A stretch of DNA of 64,000 nucleotides from Iphione sp. A-MEVVRFRX5 (Eukaryota): assembly GCA_976226885.1 (NCBI GenBank), contig OZ320323.1:41230001-41294000 (forward strand), read 5' to 3'. A program made the position numbers and the translations under genes. This document shows, piece by piece, positions 25,733-38,484 of this stretch. How positions within the stretch are numbered: the stretch's first letter is position 1; each line of letters starts with the position of its first letter. Under the pieces are notes generated by a model. It was given only the letters and a program-made list of their open reading frames with translations. It did no database searches and had not been told where the DNA came from.

Positions 25733-27677
25733 GACTGCAGGTGTGGATGAAAATGATGACAAACGGGTCGGAGATATTGATATGGAAATTTTAAGTGTGC
25801 TTGTAGATGTGTTTTTCCCCTCCTCCTCCTTCTTTCTCTTCTTCTTAGAGCGCGAGGACTCTCTGTGAGGGATGGAGATGGTTAGCAGCAAAATAAATGT
25901 GAGGCACTTGGCAAGGTCTTCGGGGGCAATTGGAATCTAGTGCTGGAGAAGCAGCAGCTACACGGAGGGTAGTGGCAGTGAGGAGAGGCGAGAGACGACG
26001 GCCATGCAGCCAGATTACAAGCAGTGCCCCAAATCTGGCTGATGGCAGTACATGAATAATTACAACCCCACCACGACCACCACCAGGTGGAGAAGATACG
26101 AACTGCAGACAATTTCCTCCTTACCCCCCACCCTCCCCTCTACCGACCAACGCAATCCCCAAAGCGTTAATTTCACGCGCACAGGAAAATCCCCACTCTA
26201 TGTTGACAACGGCACATGTTTTTCCAGAATTTTGCAATGCTTGTCATTCGCGCGTGGGGGAAGGGTTCTTCTGGGTGAAGATTTGCTTTGAAGCTGTTTT
26301 AGTTGAGATGTGAAATTCCTGTAGATAGGCTTTGGCAAAATCTAATAACAGTTCAGAATATTCTGCGCCAACCAAATGTCCACCTGTTGCATATCTACAA
26401 TACTGACACGTAAGATTAACAAGCTTTATACCCATAAATCTTCCAAATCCTAAAATATATGCGTGAATCGGCGATTTGGACAAATTCAAAGCAAGAAGAA
26501 AAATGTAGATGTCAGGAGACTTTGACAGGCCAAAAACGAACAAGATAGCCATAGTTTACAAATACGACACGTATGGAAGACAGCTATGATCCTGGTCAAA
26601 TAAAGAGAGGTACCTCCATGCAATGGCGGTATTCACATGCATCCATATTCATCCACTCCACGTCCAGATGTGGGTGTGGATTTTCTTTCGGTCCTGTCTT
26701 ACCATTACACTCATTCGGATGTGCCCTGACTTTTCCACATCCGCACACTGATGCAGATGTCAAACCATCCAGAATGGGTCTTCTCTGCATCTGCATATTG
26801 ATTCCGTAGGAGTTTACAGTTAAATACATCTGGTTACCATATCGAGGCAATTAGCAATGCAGAATCCACAGGAGGTCTTCACATAAGTGTCCGGACATGG
26901 AGCGGACTCATATGGATACATGTGAAACACCCATAACAGTTGAATTCGGTGGCATCATGCTTGAAATGCAGGTTTTGATGCAATACTAGATAACTACATG
27001 TTGTACTTCTCGAGTCCGACTCTTTCCAGCGTTACCATGATATGCACACAGTACAATGCCTGAAGATCTGCAGTATTGTTTCACAGTGTGGGATGCGGGG
27101 GGAAAACAGGACAATAGCTGATTAAGTCCTTATTTCCAGCAGCTCTGCTGCAGCAACAGAATTATTCCCAGCTTTCTGAGCTACTTTTGTGGGAAACATT
27201 CGGAAGGGCCTGTTTATACTTGTCGTAGGGGGCCAGCATGGCCCCATGGGTAGTTTATCGCTGAAATATGGCGTCCGTGACCATGTCGTTCGGGGAAAAA
27301 TATAATATCATCTGTGCTGACGAATAAAAGAAAAACTAAACATTAAAGATTTATAGACCACTGACTGCTTCAAGCCGGCAGCTGCAGCAAGAATACAATG
27401 CATTAAAACGTGTCAACCGCAGAGGTTCCTGGTACATATACGTGGTGGTTCCCAGCATGGTATACGCTCCTTTTAGAGCAAGCCTTTCTTCCTTGCAGCG
27501 CAGTATCCGTCATGGGAACGGGCTTAGTGAAATATTACCGCCCCTTGGAAGCCCGGGGTGGCCGTCGTAGTATCCCACATAGGCCATTTTTTATCCGCGG
27601 CGCGCCCTTGGACACTCTGTGAAATGATTCTTCCACTCTGATGGATTGCACCGCCACCACGATCGTCTGTAGTTCCC

Positions 27678-27679
<2 letters not shown>

Positions 27680-27746
<67 letters not shown>

Positions 27747-27818
27747 CTTCTCGTCTCTCTGTAGCTCTCTTTATCTATCTCCTCCTCTCTCTCCCCTCTC
27801 CCCCTCTCTCTCTCGCCT

Positions 27819-27880
<62 letters not shown>

Positions 27881-27891
27881 TCTCTCTCTCT
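27680..27891. repeat. Compound (CT)n microsatellite
   Basis: Two long (CT)n runs separated by a degenerate pyrimidine spacer. Confidence 0.97.
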
Positions 27892-28933
27892 CCGTTTCCT
27901 AGCCAGACTGGCTCTACAAGTCACGCTTTGGGTGCTGTGCTTTCATCCCTCTCTTTTTTCCTTCCTATTGTATTTCACGTCGATGTTTCAGCTCTCAGGG
28001 TGGCAGTAATCCCCCCGAAAGGCCTGCTCAAGTGGTTAATCTTCGCCGACATTCGGACCCGGGTGACGGCTGTAGCCGGGTGGGACCATTTTCATCATGA
28101 GAGGCGCATGTTAACATCCCATCCAATTGGTTACATATGTTCTACTATGGCCACGGCTAGTACACTCAAGATGTGTTCCTAGACTATACGTGTATATTGT
28201 ATTGGCAGGCAGTCTGTGTCTGATCTCAATATTTGTGAAAAAAGAAGGCCTGATGACACTAGCTTTATCTGCCAACCGGTATACTTCTCCATCACCCTAT
28301 AACCATTACCCCCAAACCTTTCTCTGCCTATTTCCATCACTATACCTCTATCAGTCATTATGCTCACTCTCTATCCCTTAATCTATCCGAGACCAGAAAC
28401 CCCTGTAGGAATTACTATAAACCATTCTTTCTCTTTCCTATATCTTCACCTGTATACAATCCAATACCCCAAACCCATACCTCCCCATTTCCACTCTTAT
28501 CCCTATAGTCTTCATCTAATCATTTATCCCCAATGCGATTGCCATCCATTCCCCACCATAATCCCTGCCCATTACCTGGCCCCTGCTTTACCCATCATGT
28601 CATCTATTACCTAAAACCCATCTCTCCCTATCCCTAACCTTAGCCGTGTTCATCAACCTATTCAATTTCCCTTTGACTGACCCCAAACTCTATAGCTAGA
28701 ACCGACGTGGAGAAAGCTATTCCAGCCGAAACAATATATTCAACAGCTAGGCCGGCTCCACCATTTCACTGCCTTCCAGTCCCCAGATGGGGCTTGCTCG
28801 TTTCTTTAGCGCTTTCCTCAGCGCGAGGTCTCTAGGCATTAAAGGTGTGGACCTGCAACTCTTGCCCTGTCTCTCTTCGTCTGACGGTCTGTCAGTCCGA
28901 TGTCTATACCTAAGCGATTGAGGACGGAATCGA

Positions 28934-29025
28934 GTGATGGGCCGTGATATCCCAGTCCTGACGGCCGAGGGCTGGGACGCAGTCCCAGCCCGAGGCCGGA
29001 GGGACTGGGATATCAGGCCCATCAC
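28934..29025. other. 92-nt GC-rich near-perfect inverted repeat (hairpin/cruciform)
   Basis: GTGATGGGCC(G)TGATATCCCAGTCC(TGA)CGGCC(GA)GGGCTGGGAC-GCA-GTCCCAGCCC(GA)GGCCG(GAG)GGACTGGGATATCA-GGCCCATCAC. Confidence 0.9.
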
Positions 29026-29664
29026 GAGAAAAAGTCCCCAATCGCGGTTCTGAAATGGTTAACATTATTACTAACCTTTTACAGGGCTTAAATCCACAAT
29101 ATTCCATCTTTTAGGAACTAATTTGAGTGCTACAGAACAGAGTTTCTACTGCCACAGCTGCTTCCCTCCATTTTCAAAACAAACCGCCATCTTAGTGTCA
29201 TGTGACCTCTCTCGTCCAATCAGATTTCAGGAAATGCAATGAATATTGGTTACTCCCTCCTCGACCAATGAGCTACCACGTGCCGTGATGGGGCCACGGT
29301 TCAAGTATGTTTCCTGGGATATAGCATTCAGTGCAGCGTCACAGTGAACCATTTTAGAACATCGGTCCAATGCCAGCCTATCAGCGCCTCTGTCACATGT
29401 ACGCACACAGAACCGTCACTGCCGTCACCTTGCATTCACAATCATTTAATAACAATAACCACTCCGATCCATTAGCTTAACGTATTTATTTTCAAATCCT
29501 TTTGATGGATTTTCCAGGTGCCCTTTCAGCAGAAATGTGACATTTACCAGAGGAGACAAATGTATTCATGCTCCTCAGGCATGGAATAACGTTGACCAGT
29601 ACGGAGTCCCTGTGGTTTGGGTTGTGCCATAGCTGGCGTGACATTCGCGTTTCGTACGCATGAT

Positions 29665-29957
29665 TGTTTTCACGACCACGGAGACATGTTTTCACGGTGG
29701 ATCCTGTATACATAGGTTAAGAGTAGGGGTGTTTTCCTTGCACACATGTAGCATGTAATGTGTAGCATGTCCCTGTGTATACCATGGTTTCCGATTGGGA
29801 ATGTTCCCCTTCTGCTGCTTTTTCACGGTTGAGATCGCATGTTTTCAATGGGTTATGTTCTTCCTATGGTTATATACGGAGATGAATACACTACATGCAT
29901 ACATGCTAGCATGGCAAAACAGTTATGACTTTTCATGGTGGCCCAGTAGTGAAAACA
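29665..29957. mobile_element. Possible degenerate MITE
   Basis: Ends TGTTTTCACGAC / GTAGTGAAAACA (11/12 inverted match) with CATG aligned at the same offset. No clear TSD. Confidence 0.3.
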
Positions 29958-30791
29958 CACTATGTGTGCACTTTGAAATTAAGCTTAACCGAGGACATTG
30001 TGACCCTTGAAGGATGGCTGTTTTGTCATTTTCTTCCTATTCTGCTGGTTCAGATTAAAAAATAGGACATTAAACTGCTGGGTTTTGGTAATCAATAGCA
30101 TATAGGCTAAAACATTTCAATATTTCTTTTTTAAAATAAACCTTATGACTTCGAATGCGCAGAGTGGGGTGCAAGTTCCAGAAAACTGGGCTACCAATAA
30201 CCGAACAGGAGGAAAAGTGCAGATTTATAAGCTTTGACATAAGAACTGAACAACTGTAGAAAAAAATTAACGAAAAAAGTATCTTTCAAAGTCTTTAAAA
30301 AAAGTTGCAGACCATGAATCTTTTATATCTTCATAATTGCCCGGAAAATCCCTCCAACGGTGTCAAAAAAGTCGATGTTTGTAATATTTTAATGAGCGTT
30401 TTATGGCGTGGGAATGAGGGAAAACTCCACGGAGAATAGCGCAATGCAATCTTATTGGGACAGAGCAGGTGGCTTATGGTCCACTCACATTGTGTTTTTC
30501 TAGTCGGTGCGGGATTGCCTGGCGCCGCGCCGGAAGTCCCGGCGCGTGTCAGACGTGACCTCTGTAACCCTTGTGGCCAAACAGGCGTCGGCCATTTGTA
30601 GGAGAGGAAAGACAGGTCGACAACACCTAACCTCCCGTCACCTCATTCAATCACTCAACTCATTTTTGTAACCGTTCATTGAAACACACCGTGTATAGTA
30701 GAGATTTTGTAGTAGAGCGAAACGTCAGCATCTGCTACAATTCTCAAAATGAGGTCCCTTCACCTGTTTCCCTCGTTCCCTTTCTCTCTTC

Positions 30792-30792
30792 C

Positions 30793-30867
<75 letters not shown>

Positions 30868-30868
30868 A
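30792..30868. repeat. (CT)n microsatellite
   Basis: Direct. Confidence 0.97.
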
Positions 30869-31636
30869 CACATACTCTCACCGTCTCTCTCCATCCTCTT
30901 TCCTTTACACACAGAAAAAACTAATATAGAAAGCAAACTAATACAGAAGCAAATACAGACCAAAAAAGCTTTGCATCAAAGCAATCTTAACACAATGTTT
31001 CCATATATATGCTATGTATGCAGGATGTGTATGGAGTGAGAGTGAATTTTCGCTTTTATGTCTATGATACTGGTCTGTCACGTGTGTGTGGTGCATGTGA
31101 GTGTGCTTTTTGTGTGTGATTTCTGCTGTCCCTAATTTCATGCACCACACAGCATATTACTGCATGTGATGCAGTAGGATATTAAAGTGAGGCTTAAGTT
31201 CGGGCCCAGGCTAAGAAATACATGTCTAAAATCAGCTCAATCTACATATTATTTGCATATACAACCAGTCATGGCTAAGTTTCAAGACATTTGCACAAAA
31301 TCCCATAAATTTACACAGTAGCTCACTTTCAAGAGAGAGAAAGAGACAGACAGCCAGGGACACAGTACTCCATGATGTAGGATCCGGAAAAGGCTCATCG
31401 TTCCAACTTGCGGTCCGCATACGCGTTAGAATACGCGCAGATGCACGTATATCCTACGTACGCCATCAATTTGCGTGTGGGCTGCGTCTCGGAATACAAG
31501 TCGGAGAAGGCAAACTACGACGCACTCCTTTTTATCAGAGGATCTGGAGCGATAGTGATTAGGCACCAGGTGTAAGGATTCACTAGGACCTGCAGGTGCG
31601 AGCTATTTACTGCAAAGAGTTACGACAGGCAGGGCA

Positions 31637-31644
31637 AGAGAGAG

Positions 31645-31725
<81 letters not shown>
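31637..31725. repeat. (GA)n microsatellite
   Basis: Direct. Confidence 0.97.
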
Positions 31726-31730
<5 letters not shown>

Positions 31731-32554
31731 TGATTGGAGAGGGAGGTGCTGGGGGAAGGTTCCGGGGGGGATGGGAGCGAGAGATGGAGCAGCTGGGTGC
31801 TACGTATGTGGGTAGGCAGGTAAGAGGCATGTTTTCTATATAAAGTATTGGCTTACACCAGGTGGACCCACGCGACTGATCAGAGCTTCCTGAAGAGCAA
31901 CTCATTGCTCAACTACGAGTCGACCCTTTTAGCTATAAATATACTATTCACGGCCCATGACGTTCCAATCTGACTAATATCTATGACATCAGAACACGTC
32001 AGAGCCTTAGAAGTAAACAGGCCCAATATGACCCTCTCACCAAGGACATGAAGCAGTTTTACGACTGCTCTCTAATGCTAGACCTTTAAAGGTTCTAGCG
32101 ATACACAAAGTTAATGCAAACGTCTGCAGTATAATTTAGTTTGTGACTTGCAGAGTTTGTGGCTGCTTGTTTTGGGTTATTAATGAATCTGGTATTAGAG
32201 GTCGTTTTCGATGAAAAATGAACAAGATCATGCTTCCTGAGGGAATATCCTTTAACAAGTACATACACTGTACGTGTATTTTCTGAAGCATACCACCCTA
32301 ACTTACCATCACAGCACTATGTGACCTTCAGGAGAAAACCTTTCGTTGTTAACTTGTTTGACTGTATTACAATGCTTCCGACACTATGTTTAAAGGTTTT
32401 AACCCGAAAAATTGCGAGGCACATTTTATTTGGGACACAACAGAATCTTGCCAGACGTGAAAGCCGTATGCCAAGGATTAAAGGTGCATTTATCACAAAA
32501 CAATTTCTCAGATAAGTAGATTATACACTGTATATATGTACACTGGGATGCAAA

Positions 32555-32555
<1 letters not shown>

Positions 32556-32588
<33 letters not shown>
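32556..32588. repeat. (AT)n microsatellite
   Basis: Direct. Confidence 0.95.
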
Positions 32589-32593
<5 letters not shown>

Positions 32594-33761
32594 CGAAAGT
32601 GTTCACGTCCAAAACGTACCTCAGCTTTCTCGTAGACAGAGTGCTTTCAAGATCAAAGTTCTTTTGGAGCGTCCTTAAGGAAGTCGCATGTGACATGATG
32701 GAAGTTCAGGTGCTATGGGCGACAACGAATACCTACGTTTAACGAGGTGTTTCTATTTCAGGTGAAAAAAGGAACTACATATACATTAAATGTAAGATTA
32801 TACACAAACCACCTATAAATATATGTGGTACATTTGCTGCTAATTTTAGTTTTTACAAAGAGTTAATTTCTATGAGTGAGCTAAAATACAAGTCATTGGT
32901 TTCCGGACGATGCCACTTGAAATGGGTTTTGTCGTTGACCTCCGGCCACACCTGGCATTATATCTGTATGTTACGCAGTTAATCGAAGTATGTACGGATA
33001 CATATAATATTTATATAATAATAAATAATGATAGCATTGGTTATGACTATCATTATGATAATGACAGTGGTTACCATCATCACTAATGGGAAGGTTGTTA
33101 TGACGATACCTGAGTTCTGAGTACGTGTACATGTATATATGTAGGGTGGATCGACCCTAATACCAGATCAGACATTTGGATAAAACAGAAGACTTGAACC
33201 GTTTTGTCTAGAACACGATTATTTCTCTCAAGCTTATGGTTAGAAATTCAGCAGCAACCAGAATTGCCCTGAAATCCCCAAAGACCATCACAAAGACATA
33301 CGTAAGCCACTCCCAACTGAGAACAGCTGACCAGAAATTAGAACTGAGTGGTGCAGTTTGCGTCCTTTTAGCGACGGCCCCGAGGTGTGAATTGACTGGC
33401 CAGCCAATAAAGTGTTCCATTTATTATATATTCACTGCACTTGCATTATACCACAAGAGCACTTCCATGAAATAAAGACTTCTTACTCTGCATAAAAAGC
33501 CACATTTGAAAAGAGGGTTAGACGGGAGCTCAATGACATCAGGAGTGAGGGGAGTGTGGAGAACACATCAATGCAGAGCCAGTGGTGTCCAGCATAATGA
33601 CATTCCACCATCTATTTGTATATAATGTATATACAAGTATATATATACACAAATGGTATACATGAGGCTAGCACTATCTTCTTCGTGTGATACCAGGGTG
33701 TCAAAAAAATATATACATGTATATATGTATTGAAAAAGACTGCATTAGTTTTCAATCTTAC

Positions 33762-33799
33762 CGTGACACAGCCGAGGCAAGGACAAGCAGGTAACTTAC
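33762..33799 (-). other. Candidate recursive splice site plus 38-nt RS-exon
   Basis: Minus strand TACTGAC (branch point), TGCCTTTTCTTTTACTTTTCAG|GTAAGT, and 38 nt later a second donor ACG|GTAAGA (GT at 33761). Confidence 0.55.
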
Positions 33800-33909
33800 C
33801 TGAAAAGTAAAAGAAAAGGCAGTCAGTATGTTTGAACAGTTGTGACTTACCTACATGTACCATTTTGTGGAAGCGACCTTCCTAGTACATGTATACAGCG
33901 GCAACTCAC

Positions 33910-33941
33910 CCTGTGGGGACCACTCAGCTATCGGGGTAACT
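33910..33941 (-). CDS. Candidate 32-nt microexon (x-VTPIAEWSPQ-G)
   Basis: Acceptor TTTGCCCTTAATTCAG| and donor AGG|GTGAGT. Only the phase 2 to 1 frame is open. An alternative donor TAG|GTAAGT lies at 33850. Confidence 0.3.
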
Positions 33942-34912
33942 CTGAATTAAGGGCAAATTTGGCTGGTCGCAGTGAATTGTTTTCTATGATATAATAAATT
34001 CAGGCACCAATGAGGGGAATGTATTTCGATCCTGTTTGTGGTCTTAATGGGCGAATCGCCAGACACCATTAATAGAATGATTTTTTTACCCTTTGTGATG
34101 TCATAATAGGAAACCCACAAATCAGGTTGCATTGTTTCCAGACATTGTCTGAGAAAATGGTAAACATAAGTGCTGTAACTGGTCTGTTCTTCTATTGGCG
34201 CTCCCTCCATTGAGTTACTGCTGTACATGTACATGAATACACAAATTGCACATGGTGTTTTCAACCACTCACACACGAATACACTATATATACATGTATA
34301 CATACATCTATAGATTGTCAATCATATGGAGATGAACGATATACGTGGGCCTATTGATATTTGTGGCGCTACAGCATCGGATCCAACTCGTTTAAAGGAC
34401 ACTGCTCTTTGTCCGATACAATAAAGAGCGTTTAGACAAAACACTCTTGGATGACTGATTATAGCTTTAATGGTCTCCTAACTCCCCACCCCCCACCCCC
34501 ATCCCCTTTTCTCCGCCTTGATTGCCTATGTATCTGATCAGATCGCTGAACAAAACCGGATAAAGCTGCTTCCTTCCCTTTGTATATGTCCTTTGTTGCC
34601 GTGGCAGTTTACACGAGATATGTTCATTGTGACCAAAAAACATTTAATATGTATTATAGTTTTTTTAAAGGAGCAGGAAGATACTAATCAAAGAAAATGA
34701 GGCTGCCGTACTTTACATACATATGGCATTGTATAGAGATGGTTACAAAGCATGGGGGGTTGTAAAACGAAATCGGTTCTCGTGTTATTGTCAAGCTGTA
34801 ACAATGGTCTATAACCATATGGGATATAACCTTTAAAAAAACTAGTAGCTCTGGTGGGAAATGATCGACTGGAGATAAGGGATTGTAAAGTGGAGAGGGG
34901 GAGACTCAGAAC

Positions 34913-34928
34913 GAGGAGAGAGAGAGAG

Positions 34929-34979
<51 letters not shown>

Positions 34980-35040
34980 AGAGGGAGATGGACAGAGATA
35001 GAGAGACAGAGACGGAGAAACAAAGATAAAGGACAGAGAG
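34913..35040. repeat. (GA)n microsatellite with a degenerate (GACA) tail
   Basis: Direct. Confidence 0.95.
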
Positions 35041-35538
35041 ACGGGCACTATACGTACAATGAAGTTTAAATAGCCAATTTTACATAGAGACGGTGCATAG
35101 GGCGAACCAGACGGACAGATGGACGTCACAAACACCGACCACCGATCAAGGTAGTCAGTGGAAACTTGTGGTTCCCCCGAGGGGGGCTTGGTAAGTGAGG
35201 AGCTGTCTTCAGTTTCTTTCCAGCAGGCAACTGTTTGTTGTCCACGTCCATCAAGGGACGCAGGCAGGCAGGCAGGCATACAGCCGGCGAGCGCAGGGGG
35301 GCAGCTGGCCATGGTCTGAACTCCGCCACGTCGCTGGCCCTCCTCCTCTCACCTGCCTGGGCCGAACACGGATCCCCACTTAGGCGGGCCTTGTCCGCCA
35401 CACATCCAGGCATTACCGTGCGGTCGTCAGCGGTAGTGTCCTTACACCCTAGCGTCCGTCTGCACCGATTTGGAGAGGACGAGCTGGTAGGTGGGTGGGT
35501 GGGTGGGTGGGTTGGGGGGGGGGGTCTTTGAGAGTTAG

Positions 35539-35672
35539 GGGGGATGGTTAGTGGGGTTGTGAGGGATGGGGGGATGAACTAGTGGTACGAGTGAGGACGA
35601 GCTCTAGCTGTGTGGTTTGGTGGGTGGGAGGGAGCAGCTAGAGGGGGATGGTTAGTGGGGTTGTGAGGGATG
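35539..35672. repeat. Short diverged tandem duplication (about 105-bp period) in G-rich DNA
   Basis: GGGGGATGGTTAGTGGGGTTGTGAGGGATG occurs at about 35539 and 35643; GAGGACGAGCT also recurs. Confidence 0.75.
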
Positions 35673-38440
35673 ACGGGTGGGGGGGGGGCGGTGATAACTG
35701 GTGAAGACAGCCGCAGGCAATAGGCTGTGTCTAAAGGGCCTGTCCACTGGCATCAACCACCGACAAGCAATGCGTCTGCCCAAAACTTCAAAGGTCATCA
35801 ACAAGAGTTCAATATGGGTGGGCTTCAGAGAACAACTGACAACAATCTATAAAGAAGCGTACTCTTTATTGCTAACCCGACATGGCAAAGTGCTATTCCA
35901 AATAAATCTTTAAAAAGGTCGCGATCTTGCACAGGACTCCATAAAACGGACACCAATAGTGATTTGCCATTACGTCGACATCAAACAGGTAGCCGATTCC
36001 TGCTTTCCTTTTAAGCGAAGGTAAAGAAAGTTCATGAACATGCTATCATGAATGCTTCTTTATTGTTTCTTGTTGACGTATGAAGTTTTACATTTATCGC
36101 CAACGTTTCTCGTTTGAGTAGCATCGGAATCTCAGTCTGCTTTTTTAATTGAGGTATCATGGCTAATACATAACTCTGTGTGCTTTGAATGTATGATCAG
36201 GTTTGGAATTCGTTTAATCAACTGTTGTCTTTTCACACTTTCAAGTCCTACACATTGTGTGACTCAATTTAGGAGGTGTGCTTATCTTTTGTGCATTGCC
36301 GTCACTCAAAGCCTTGCTAAAAAGACGTCCTGTGACCTAAACGATTATTCATTATCTATTTTCAACGATACATATTCAGTACACGACTGTACGAATGGGA
36401 CTGTCTTGGAGTATTTTTCACTCTTCAGTTCTCATTTAGAGCTGAATTGTTGGGTCCAACTTTATGTACACCAAGACATCGACATTTCTTTGCATCGCGT
36501 GTCTAAATCTTCTCTAGAGGGGTGACTTCAGCCTGTCACTCAAGCCATCAGACTGTAACAACAGGCATATTCACTATGTCTAAATATAGTAGACCTAAAC
36601 TTTCATGTACTCTCGTATAGGTACAGAATCTGGTAAGGTGGGTCCCTCATCTGTGTTCATCTCAAAACCTGTACCAGAAGCATAGACCAATAAAAAAAAC
36701 CTGATTTGTGGATGCTGTGCACTGCCTCCACGTTCGGTTAAAGCACAGAGTGTGAAGCTCACTCCACTTGTATTAAACTGTGGGGGTGACTGAACATAAG
36801 TTCTATGGCTACTGGCCCAGAGATGCCCATTATAATTGGTCACACGGCGTGATTTCAGTCAAACACACATATGTATACGTTAATTATAGAATTTTCCATG
36901 GGCTGAGGCCAGTAACTGAATAAACCACATGGAAATGCCAGTCGTGGTATCAGTGAACTAAACGGACGATACTTATGAGGGAATCCATGTCTCCGCTGTC
37001 GCCTTATACTATGTTCTATAAAAATCTATTACTCCAGCTCGGAGTATGACAAACAAGACAAAAACCCAATAACGCAACGAGCTCCCCACTAGCAACGATC
37101 TGATCCCTAGACACGGCATGCGTGGTAATTGCCTCTGGGATTCATGGGGGATAAAACGCTCCTCGTCCATTCACTAGGGTGGACAATATTTTCATAAGCA
37201 ACCCCCCGATATATCTACATTATGTGCTGCCAAGTGGAGTTAACTTCAGCAAATCATACCAAATGACGCTAACACCCTGGGGGTAAAAGCTCCGACGGGT
37301 CCTTATTGAGTTTAACATTGGAATTCCTTATTTGCTGGATGGTGTTCCTTTTTTTAACAAAAAAGAATGAGTCTTATACAGCTAGCGGGTGGAGCGCCTT
37401 TCAGAACGTCTACATATTTATAAAGGATGGTGAGCCTGAAGGAGCTGCAACTGCAGCCACTGTATGAGTACAATACCGCCGTTGACACACATGAAGAATC
37501 AGGAAAGTACATTTTAAAAGGTTATTCAAGAACGCAGACCGTACGGCGCTTAAATATATACATAGGCCTACCGTACGCTTGTTATTCTCGCACACACAAT
37601 TCTACATGTCTGTCCTGGTCTGTGTACCATGTCTCTGTGTCTATACCTTTGTATATCTTTCTGTCCCTGTCTCTCTGTCTCAGTCTCTCTCTCCCTCCTT
37701 CTCGGCCTGCTCTGTAATACCTTTCCTCATTTCCCTCCTCGTTGTAGGTCCCTTTTATAAATAAAGCGGTCTCTATTGCATCTCTGCAACCGCCCCCAAC
37801 CAACTTTGCATGTGACTGCCACTTTCGCTCTCACTCCCTCCCCCCTCTTCCCGTCTCCTTACCGTGTCTAAACTCGTCCACCTATCTATCTACCCTTCGT
37901 CAGATACAAACACGGCTAACCACTTATTCTTTTTTCCCCTTTTGGATCGCTATTGGACCTGCCACAAAATTTCAATAAAGATCTGAAGTTCCCTCTCGCC
38001 GTAACCCTTTTCACCACTTGAAAGGACTACGTCTCGCTCTCCTCACTTCCTAATATTCAAAAGGCTCCTGGCAGCGGTGAACAGCAGGCCGATGGAGACT
38101 TTTCACTGATAGCTGCGGCGTCTGAAGTGATGATAAGCAGCACTGTGTCGCTCCAGCCTCTCTTCGGAGCTAAACGGAATGCGAAGGGTGAATAAAGAAC
38201 CCATTTAAGATAGCACAAGTATGGGAGACTATATACTTGTAAATGATCACAATTTGATGCTGGTGGTGGCTCTGCGTGTATAGAATACGAATGGATATTC
38301 AGAGTGATCTCTGTAACTATGATGATCACTACTATACGGGAGCGCTTAAATTTCCATCTATACGAATGTAGCATGTAGCCGGTTTGGCTGCATGCCTTGA
38401 AAAGTATGACCATGCCGCCCTGCTCACATGTGCTCACATG

Positions 38441-38453
38441 TAGATAGATAGTT

Positions 38454-38483
<30 letters not shown>
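38441..38483. repeat. (GATA)n microsatellite
   Basis: Direct. Confidence 0.93.

Positions 38484-38484
<1 letters not shown>

Noticed and set aside
24402-30416. Three perfect Su(H) sites CGTGGGAA, and two GLI sites in the window
   Set aside because: Counts are close to random expectation for 64 kb, and the sites are not paired or clustered.
35191-35223. Perfect-looking plus-strand mini-intron GTAAGT...TTTCTTTCCAG
   Set aside because: At 33 nt it is below the usual metazoan spliceosomal minimum, and the flanks do not give a convincing ORF.
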